Positions 11,960 through 26,876 of a stretch of DNA of 64,000 bases are shown here, piece by piece (positions within the stretch are counted from its first letter, which is position 1; each line of letters begins with the position of its first letter). The notes beneath the pieces were generated by a model. That model was not told where the DNA came from. It ran no database searches and worked only from the letters and a program-made list of their open reading frames with translations. The translations under genes were made by a program, and so were the position numbers. Location: contig JBHGNT010000016.1 in NCBI GenBank assembly GCA_043228905.1, positions 7,130,001-7,194,000 of the forward strand, in the 5' to 3' direction. The DNA is from Azolla caroliniana (taxonomy: Eukaryota; Plantae; Polypodiophyta).

Positions 11960-12118
11960 AAGTGTAGGTTTTAAACACGAACTCGATACGTCGTATCGAG
12001 TTCGTGTTTAAAGTGTAGGTTTTAAACACAAACTCGATACGCGAACTCGATACGGCGTATCGAGTTCGTGTTTAAAGTGTAGGTTTTAAACACGAACTCG
12101 ATACGGCGTATCGAGTTC
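11960..12118. repeat. Tandem array of three palindromic units (21-bp arms, 1-nt spacer) between the divergent transposon genes
   Basis: TTTAAACACGAACTCGATACG-T-CGTATCGAGTTCGTGTTTAAA at 11970-12012 is a perfect palindrome. It repeats with periods of 51 and 64 bp, joined by GTGTAGGT. Confidence 0.95.
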
Positions 12119-12541
12119 CTGTATATAAGAAGGCTTTGAGAGAGAAAAATCGTTTATGGGGTGGAAATGATATCAAATTGTCTGGCAAAATCAGTCTTTT
12201 TTATGTTGACTTTACTTACTTTTAAAGAAATACATGCTCTAATTATAGGTGTTTTATGACCTACTTTAGCTTAAAATAGTAGAAAATGATCTACAAATTG
12301 CCTTTACTATGGCAAATTCTCCTCAATATAGGTTTAGAATCTATATAAGTCATACCTACTATTTAAAAGAATATATAACCTGTTTTACTTATTACGATAT
12401 ATATTTTCTAGGTTGAATAGCCCTGCCTATAATAGATTTTTGAATATGTTACTGCTCTTGGAAACTGTTCTTCATTATAATATACAACTTCAATCTACGT
12501 GACTGTCTAACTTATGTTTTTGCATATACTTTCTTAAATAG

Positions 12542-15500
12542 GTCGTTTGAGAACCTGTCGGACCGACCCGTGAAGAAAATTAAGCTTCGCATACAAGGTT
12601 CTCCAATCGAAGCCCAGACCAAGGTAGCTCCTGAGACCATGAAGAGAGGAAAAAAGCTTCTCTTTAACGAAGAGACAAAATCTCAACCACATAGTGATGT
12701 TAGCCAAAAGAAACTTGTCGCCGCTACTGGAGGCGAAGACCTTCCTGACCGAGATCTAACGGACAAGGAATGGTGTATGCAATATATCGACTCAAAGAAA
12801 AAAGTCGTATTGTATACAACAAAGAAGAAGGGTGAGGGGCAGCTTGGAAAAGAAACCCCATTTATGTATGGCCGTATTCTACGATTTGACTACGAAGATG
12901 CAGATTCGGCCAACATACTGGTAATGATAGAGTGCTCCAAGGGGGTACGTAAAGTGTTCCTTTCAGAAGACCTTTTAGTAAAGGAATCTTGTGGGCCTGA
13001 AGTGTTCAAAAAAGCACTTGATAACTCACAAAACCTGATTGTTACCTTGAGGCCTTATATACAAGGCCATGTAACTCTAAGAGATGAAGAGCCCTCCCCC
13101 TTGAAGGCCACAAAAAAGGTATCCAAAGTCCAGTCAAGACCAGCCAAGAAGAAGACAACGAAAATGTCGGATACGGATTCAACAAGTGAAAATGAAGAAG
13201 AGGATAATAAGGGGACGCCAGGAGCCGAGCTGGCCTCGGGTGTTTTGTCATCCGAGCAGAATAAAATAAGGAGAGAGTTAATGCAACGGAAGCTGGTTAG
13301 GAAAGGGCAAGTATTTAATTTGCCTATAACACACATCCATCGGCCCCCTATTGATGAAAAAACAGGTCGAAGACCACTTGAGATTAGAGAGCCTCACCGC
13401 ATGCATGTTCAAAATCTCAAGAAAAAAATGAAAATTAATCCTCATGCCACTGTGGTGCCTTTTATTGTTATGGTAGATCCTGAAGAATGTGAAACCATTG
13501 AAGATTTTGATATTAGAAAGCATGATCAATATAATTATTTTGTCATTGGTGGATCGCATTCAGCAGAGGCACGCCGGCAACTTGTGAGAGAACATCCAAC
13601 CACTTTCTTCTTCAAGTATGCCGAGTGCAAAATTTATGTTGGGCTCACAACCGAAGAGGCTAAGCTGTTGGCATGGGACCATAATAATGATAATGACTAT
13701 AGGCAGAAAATGTCGTCTATTGAGCGTATACGGTTCTTCCACCACGAGTATTTAGATGTGAAACAAAAGTTTGGTGTGAAGTTACATCCAGGCCTTCGAC
13801 GTCAATGTCTGCATGAAGTCGGCATTGTGGTAGATGATAATGTTAGGTCCGATGGTCTTCGAAAGTATGAGTCTTGGTTTCAATTGGCGTTTAGAGATGG
13901 AGAAGTATGGGACCTCCAAGATCAAATCTTCTCAATGTGGGAGAATAAGGAGGTAAAGGGTCAACGACAAAAGAAATGTAGGGTTGACCCTCAACTAGAA
14001 TTAAAGTCACAAGCCGCCAAGAAAATTGACTTGACAATTGAAGAAGCGGCAGACGACATGAAGCTGTCTCTGTGGAGAGCGATGCAAGGTATTAAGGACG
14101 AGCAGCTTCTTGTGTCGGTTTTGTCAAGGGTTGTGGCGAAAGATTTAAGCCTTGAAGAAATGGTTACTGAGTTCAATAAGTAAGTCTTTCAAATACTGAA
14201 ATTGTAGTCTATCTGGTGTAATTCAAAGTTCTAATCTTGATTTCTAATTTTACTGTCATAAGGTGTACATGAAGATCCAAGAAGTTATGATGAAACAACT
14301 TGGATGTATAACTTGGGAACAAGTGACTGAGGATTATCCTCTAACGTCTTCGTATAAGGCGTTATCAGAGTATTTTATTGCATTCAAGGATTGGGTTAGT
14401 ATTCATGTTTTTTCATTACCCTTTCATCATATGTAGAGCTTGTATAATAATACCTGATGTCCTATTGCTTCTATTAGAAACCGTGTCGAGGCAAGAAACA
14501 AGGAGAAGTTAAGGATATACACGATTTCCCTACATCCTTCCTTGCACATCTCGAGCGAGCCAGAAAAGAAAAGGATCGTCGCTTAGTCAAGGCGTACGAA
14601 ATGGAGGAAGATGGCTCGTTTAAAAAATTTAGCCACAAAAAAGATATTACGAGAGATCTTTACTACAATGTGGTTTGCGGTGATGTCATCGACTTGATCC
14701 AGAAGGTGCCAAAGAAGGAATATACGCTAATGATTGCGGATATTCCTTACGGATTTCGAATGGCTGGGTCATCATACGACGATGAACCGTTTAGGTTTAA
14801 ACAATTGGAGAAGATGGTCAAGGATTTCGCTGAGCTAACGACCGCATCCTTGTGGCGAATAGTTGTCTTTCATAGTATGGACCAAGGGTACTCGGTAGCT
14901 CAAGCTTTGAGATCTCGTTGCCATGGCATCGAGAACCTTGCATGGTAAGGATTATTTATAGGTGTCTTTCATTATATTGCAATTCTTAAGGTTGTTGAAT
15001 CTATTCTTAACTCGATGAATTATTTTTTATAGGATCAAGACCAATGTAAATAGAGGGCCAACTTTTCGGTTCGTTAATGCCATTGAATACATAACGGTTG
15101 GCTACTTCGATGAAATTAAAAAACAGAGAATCAAAGAGCATTCTAATGAAGTGGGAGGTTCAAATCTGTTGGTATATCCAGCAGTGACTCGGAAATTGCG
15201 ACATGTCACCACGACAGAACGGGGACTTGTCAACCAATACCAAAAACCTCAACGACTTATGATGCACTTGATCGAGATGTTTTCTGTCGAAGGAGACTGG
15301 ATATTAGATCTCTTTTCTGGCACAGGTATTCCTCGAACTAGGGTAACGATCTTGAGATAACCAATCACTTTTTTTTCGTTTGACAACTAAATCTTCTTGT
15401 TACTTACATCATAGGAACTACGTCAGCATGTGCATTGAAGCTGTTTAGAAATACAGTTGCATTGGAGAAGGACGAGGACCAAGTTATATTTATTAATATG

Positions 15501-15767
15501 CGGATTAAGGCTTTGTGGGAGTGCCCAGACCAGGATGAGGAGGTCGGTGCAACGAACCTCGCCAATACAGAAAGGTTTCAACCTGCTTCGCGAGAGCCTA
15601 TTCCTCCGTTAGCCGGCGAACCGGGGGAGCTAATAGAGTTTGATGATGAGCTTATAGAAGATATTTCGTTGGCTCGGCTAACAGGGGAAACCAATGCACG
15701 TATAGCCGAAGACAGTTCTACACAAGATGATGAAGAAAATGACGTTGATGAATTGATTGCTATGTAA
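12542..15767 (+). CDS. Spliced ParB-like domain + beta-class N6-adenine/N4-cytosine DNA methyltransferase fusion
   Basis: Predicted exons: ~12542-14179 (first in-frame ATG at 12639), 14263-14394, 14478-14944, 15033-15325, 15415-15767. The last three introns are canonical GT-AG and in phase. ParB-like motif YFVIGGSHSAEARRQL...EAKLLAWDHN. MTase motifs in order: VVCGDVIDLI...MIADIPYG (motif IV), LAWIK...EYITVGYF, YQKPQRLMMHLIEMFS..GDWILDLFSGTGTTSACALKLFRNTVALEKD (motifs X-I-II). Confidence 0.85.
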
Positions 15768-16160
15768 TAGACTCTATAAAGAATATGACACTGACGATTT
15801 GTTAAGATTTCACATTATTAATACAAATTTTGGGTTTTACCTAGTGGATTCTATTCTTTATAATCTTCTATATGTTTCAATTTTATTTTTATATACTTGA
15901 TTAGTAGATTTATGATATTGGTTTCACCGCGTGCATAGCTGACTACCAAACTTATGGAGAAACATGAACTAGTTTAAATGGAGGCTGATTTTGGTCCAAG
16001 CTAACCTTAACAGAACATGGCCCTATAATTGTTGCCATGACGGTCCATGTTGTTATTATGGATCTTTGTCTTATATTGTTAAAACTATTATGTTTCTATT
16101 CCATTGCTGCTTAGATTGTGTAGTGTGTTGATAATGGTTCCAGTTGTGTTATCGTTCGGA

Positions 16161-16445
16161 GTTTGATCTTGTGTGAATCACCTAAGCAATAGAGTAGATC
16201 AATTTTAAATACAGGTATGAAAGCCTAATAGGTTTGTTATTTCCACGACATTATCCTAAAGTTCACTGCCTTACATTGTGCACAATTATATACACATATG
16301 GTTTGATCCCATATGAACAAACTGAGGAATAGATTAGATCAACTTTTAATACAAGTATTGAATACTTTAATAAGTTAGTTATTCCAATCACTTATCCTAA
16401 TGTGCACTATCCTACATTTTCCACAATTACATACATGCACGTATG
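16161..16445. repeat. Diverged 140-bp direct repeat (2 copies) in the transposon right subterminal region
   Basis: GTTTGATC...AATAGA.TAGATCAA.TTT.AATACA.GTAT...TTATCCTAA.GT.CACT...CACAATTA.ATACA at 16161 and 16301. Confidence 0.75.
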
Positions 16446-16779
16446 GGTCAAAGTATAAATTATATCTCATTTTATTAGTATGGATACAAGTACACCTCAT
16501 ATTTTTGTAAAACCTACCTAATTAATATAAGTCTTTAAGTTAGTGTTTCCCTTGTCGCACAATAGTGCCATATTGAGCCATAGTTGAACTTTATTATGCC
16601 TACATTAACTTATCAACATGTCTAAACTTGCATGATTTCTAATGATCTCCACTCGTAGATCTATCATGTATTTTTATATTTGCAAATTCTTATCAAGTTG
16701 AGGAACATGTGATACTAGTGCATCCAATTATTGTAGAGAGGGTGTATTGGCTTCGTTTTAAGAAGATTCTACAAGTGGA

Positions 16780-16812
16780 ATGCGCAATCCTTCCACTTGT
16801 GAACGCGAACGT
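16780..16812 (-). repeat. Right terminal inverted repeat (33 bp)
   Basis: ATGCGCAATCCTTCCACTTGTGAACGCGAACGT, the reverse complement of the left TIR. Confidence 0.95.
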
Positions 16813-18661
16813 ATGACATGAAGATTGGTTTCGAGAGCTACAAAAGCCCGAACGACCCGGATATGTGGAAACTGGGGATGACACAATTCACCCCATTCAA
16901 CATGTCGGAAACGTCCCTTTCGGTGAAGAAGGGAATCAGACCCACATAAAAAATGTCTTGCATGTTCTAACAATAACGAAGAATCTAGTCTCGGTCGGTT
17001 AGATTGTAGAACATGACATGTAAGTTGGGTTCAATGATGGAGGCTGCTTCATCGAAAAAGAAGGCTGAATTATCGTTCGTGGCCGAAGAGAAGGCTGATT
17101 GTTCATCCTCGATTCTCACGAGATAAAATCAGCAATGTATGCCAAGGGCCAAAAGGCCGAGACACTGACGTAGAGTTGTGGCATAAATGAATTGGTCACA
17201 TTAACCTCTAAAAGCTCAAAGGAATGTAGTCGAAAGGAGTTGTCATCTGACTTCTGACTTTTTACCGAAAAGGAGAGTACCGGCGTATGTGAAGCTTGCT
17301 AGTTTGGCAAATAACATCGTCAACTGTTCTTGAATGAGAGGAACGTGAGCAAAGGAATCCTGGATGTATGTAGTACATTCAGATGTATGGGGACCAACTC
17401 AAACATCAACATTTGGTGGTTGCTGATACTACGTGACATTCATCAACGACTTCTCCAAGAACACATGGATCTACCCTATGTGGCAGAAGAGCGAAGTGTT
17501 CAGACACTTCCAAAAGTTCAAAAACAAAGTTGAAAAGGCAACCGGTTGGCATCTCCAAGGCCTTTGATTGGAAGACGACAAAGAGTACTTCTTCGACACC
17601 TTTAGAACGTACCTTCGACAATAAGGAATATGATGGGAGTTTACCTACCGACACACACATCATTGGAACGGAGTAGCCGAACGTAAGAATAAACACATAC
17701 TCAAGTTGGCAAGGGCAATGATGAATGAGAAACATCTACCAAAGTCATATTGGACTGAATACGATCGTCTATCTGATGAATCGTTGCACAACATCAGGAG
17801 TGCACAATGTTACCCCCTGCGAAAAGTTCTATGGGAAGAAACCAGATCTATCCCACGTCAGGATATTCGGTTCATTTGCATATGTACATATTCCCGACGA
17901 GAAGCAGCAAAAGCTCGATGCCAAGTTGGAAAAATGTATAGTCGTAGGGTAGTCACTCAAGCAAAAAGGGTATAAGTGCTTCAACCCTTCCACCATCTTG
18001 TTTTCTCTCTCGGCAGGGGTGCCATATTGTGGAGTAGTAAGAAACATTTGACAATTGCATTGTCGCCATACAGGGGCGCGACCGTAGCCGCATGTGAAGT
18101 TGTTTGGCTCAAGAGAATATTGAAGGACTTGGGCGTTCCCATCAAGTATCTGATTCTCATGTGTTGCGACAACATGAACAACATCCACTTGGCCCAAAAC
18201 CCAGTTTTCCATGCTCAGACCAAGCACATCAAAGTGCACTATCACTTCATCCAAGAACGTGTTCTAGCGGGGGGATGTCAACCTGCAACACATCAACACG
18301 AACCTGCAGACGGCTGACATCTTCACCAAGGCCATGGGAGTCGACAAGATGCGGTAGTTCATGACGAGCCTAGGTCTTTCGACCATAGGCCAACCGAGCT
18401 TGAGGGGGAGTAAGGAGCAGCAGGAGTGAACCGGCCATTCGACGTCGAAGCCGGGGTCGACTCAAACCCGACCCGAAGACCAGTCCGAACCAACCGTCTG
18501 ATTGTCAGACATGGGCGGGTTAGACGTGACATATCCGATTGTCAGACGTAGGTTAGGTGTGATAGATCCGATTGTCGGACCCGGGTTAGATGTGAGTCGT
18601 GACATAGGCTCGTGAGACCCGGGTTGGGTTTTAAGGTTAGTGGTCTCGTGGTGATGAGAAC

Positions 18662-18691
18662 GATGATGATGGCCATGGCCATGGCCATGGC

Positions 18692-18725
<34 letters not shown>
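18662..18725. repeat. (GAT)n and (GGCCAT)n microsatellite
   Basis: Read directly; it accounts for the poly-His and poly-Ser spurious ORFs. Confidence 0.9.
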
Positions 18726-18848
18726 TTTTCTCATTAGGGTTTGGGTCTGCGTTTTCTCCTGTTACGATCTTACTTACTAGTGGAAGACAATCTCGAGGAT
18801 GAAACAGGATTGAGGAAGAAGAAGAAGACAGACGAAGCATCGAAAAAA

Positions 18849-24716
<5,868 letters not shown>

Positions 24717-25611
24717 AGGTACAGTCAATGATCCTAAGTTGTATTTGAATTTTTCATGTGCTGAAGTTAAACATACTTCATTTATTCAATCTTTGAATGA
24801 TTCCACAGATGTGGTGATTTCTCATCCAATAGCCGATGCTCATAATTCAGTTAATTTGGTTGACTGATGAATGTAGCATTAGAGGGTTTCATCAAACAAA
24901 CTCAAGACTATCGCAAACATAGCTGGTGTTCCAACTTTTTTGTAGGTTTTCTGGCTAGGGTCTTGTAATTTCAAATATACTTCAGATAACAATTTTGAGC
25001 CTGATAAGTTTTTTCTTTTTCTATCATTCAGGTGAACAAATATAAGATAACAGATATGTTGGCTTCGTCACTTTGGCTCATTTGTAATTGCACACGAGTC
25101 ACCCCACTTTTGGGGCTTACCTACTTATCCACTTACAACACTACTGGCGAGCTGTTGGAAGTGTACATTCATTCATTTTTTGTCCACTAGCTTCTGCTAC
25201 TTTGGTGCATGCTGGCTGTGGTTAAGCCCCTGTAGATGGATCTTGTAACCAATATGTTTTAATAAGAAAATGTTTTAAGAGACACATCAGCAGTTATTTT
25301 GTCACTGTTGTCAAAGCTGTGTGCCTTGTGAGCGCCATGGGTTTTACATGGAATTAATATTAACCTTAAAAACATTCAAGGAAGCCATGGTTTAACTTAG
25401 CAATGACTGGTAAGAAAATAGATGAAGAAACCAAAAAAGTTAACGTTCTGACTAATTACTGAATCAAATGAAAGAGCACAACTAGATTGGGGAGTGTGTT
25501 CATTATTCTTAGCTACTACTTCATCATATTAGAGGTAAAAAAAGAGGTCGGGATGTAGGTGTATTTGACATTTGTGAAATTTGAGGAATCTTTGAAACCC
25601 TCCCGACTGTT

Positions 25612-25684
25612 GGTGTTGTTACCAGGGACTGAACCCAGGTTATCCACGTGACAAGCAGGATAGTCACCATTATGCTACAACATC
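25612..25684 (-). pseudogene. tRNA-Asp(GUC)-derived pseudogene
   Basis: Minus strand reads GATGTTGTAGCATAATGGTGACTATCCTGCTTGTCACGTGGATAACCTGGGTTCAGTCCCTGGTAACAACACC. It is colinear with plant tRNA-Asp, keeps the GTC anticodon and has damaged stems and T-loop. Confidence 0.7.
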
Positions 25685-25738
25685 GTAAACTTCTTAATGT
25701 TTCTCGCAATAGTAAACCACAGGATTGCATATCATCAG

Positions 25739-25812
25739 CACTGTTGCTGGGGATCGAACCCAGGCTGTCCATGTGATATAGATGGTATTAGTCACCACTA
25801 AATTATGACATC
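25739..25812 (-). pseudogene. Second, more degenerate tRNA-Asp-derived copy
   Basis: Minus strand contains ...TAGTGGTGACTA...TCACATGGACAGCCTGGGTTCGATCCCCAGCAACAGTG with an intact B-box GGTTCGATCC. It shares flanking sequence with the first copy. Confidence 0.6.
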
Positions 25813-26876
25813 ATGACCTTCAGAATGTTTCTCGCGGTACGTCATAGAAGCAACACAAGGGGGCCAGAACAGTTTTCCATACCGATACATTGTTCGCTTG
25901 CCCATGGGACACCCAACCCACATTCAAAACCCGTCTAGCATTAAATGAAAATAAGGTCTCATGCTTAATGTTGCTTCAATCTCCTATTTAACATGACCAA
26001 GACATTATTGCACTAACATGGTTCTTTTTGTGTGATCTTAGGGAGTGGTACCTCTAGCAGTAGCACAATCTGTGGGAATCATAACTCAATGATATGAAAT
26101 AATGGGGCAAGGTGATGTAAAACATGCAGCCTGCAGCTCAATGACATGAATAAAGCTACCTAATTTATAAAAAGAGTCAAGCCCAAACCATTTAGGCCAG
26201 TGTCTACATTCTGTGCTTTTCCCTCACTCTACTTATTTACCTATCTTAAAAAAAGGATAAGTGAAACCTAAACTATTTTGGTCAGCCTCTACATTCTGTG
26301 CTTCTTCCTCTATCTACTTAATACTTATATTACTAGCATTATTTGAGGGAATTCATAAGGTCGAAATCAAAATAACTCTGAAAGAGATTAGACATTAGAA
26401 TATCCTCATTTAAGACAGACGACAATCACCAACATAATCAAATCAACGGTAAATGCAGAATTCATCTGTTATATTTCCATTTCTAATGGGGCACATTGTG
26501 AAAATCAGCAGAGAACAATGCAGAAGGTTTGGAATTCTGTCTTTATTACCTTTGTTTATGAATTGAACGAGGTCATGAGTTTATCAAATAAGAGCCTTAT
26601 TCCATACAACTGATCTTCTATGGAGTGTTATGAACAGGCGTTGACAAATTAATTGATGTAATGGCCATTTATCTATAGCCAGTGATAGATAATCTCCAAA
26701 TAAGGTCAAAATTTATTAAACATGAGCATTATTACATCCATAGTTCTTCATGGAATGCTCCATAAACAAACACCCTCCCCTCAATTAGGCTAGTATACTC
26801 AGAAGAGCATTATAATAAAGAAAGCATAGTGCATTCATTCTGAGAGTTCATTGGTTCCTGCAATGAAGACACTTTT

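Larger units (their letters stand above)
8234..16816. mobile_element. TIR DNA transposon (~8.6 kb) encoding a transposase and a ParB-like/DNA amino-methyltransferase cargo gene
   Basis: TIR ACGTTCGCGTTCACAAGTGGAAGGATCGCGCAT (8238-8270) matches the reverse complement of 16780-16812 at 32/33 positions. CAT is duplicated at 8232-8234 and 16817-16819. Removing the insert restores the copia protease frame (...NHMTSH|EDWF...). Confidence 0.93.
6565..18410 (+). mobile_element. Degenerate Ty1/copia LTR retrotransposon, interrupted by a DNA transposon and lacking most of RT
   Basis: Gag remnants at ~7210-8080 include a CCHC-like knuckle. Protease WFVDSGASNHMTSH (~8190-8234) resumes as EDWFRELQKPERPGYVETGDD at 16820. 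GAG-pre-integrase and integrase remnants follow (RIFGSFAYVHIPDEKQQKLDAK), then RNase H (WSSKK..., CDNMNNIHLAQNPVFHAQTKHIKVHYHFIQE) and a PPT GAGGGGGAG at ~18402-18410. Many stops and frameshifts; the 5' boundary is uncertain. Confidence 0.9.

Noticed and set aside
11960-12118. Palindrome array as a CRISPR array or miRNA precursor
   Set aside because: The linkers are identical rather than unique spacers, and the 1-nt loops with short arms do not fit a plant pre-miRNA.
12542-15767. Bacterial contamination as the source of the methyltransferase
   Set aside because: The gene has GT-AG introns and sits within TIRs nested in a plant copia element, contiguous with plant genes.
18411-18650. 3' LTR of the copia element
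   Set aside because: The sequence after the PPT does not start with TG and does not match the putative 5' LTR at 6565, so an LTR pair cannot be supported.
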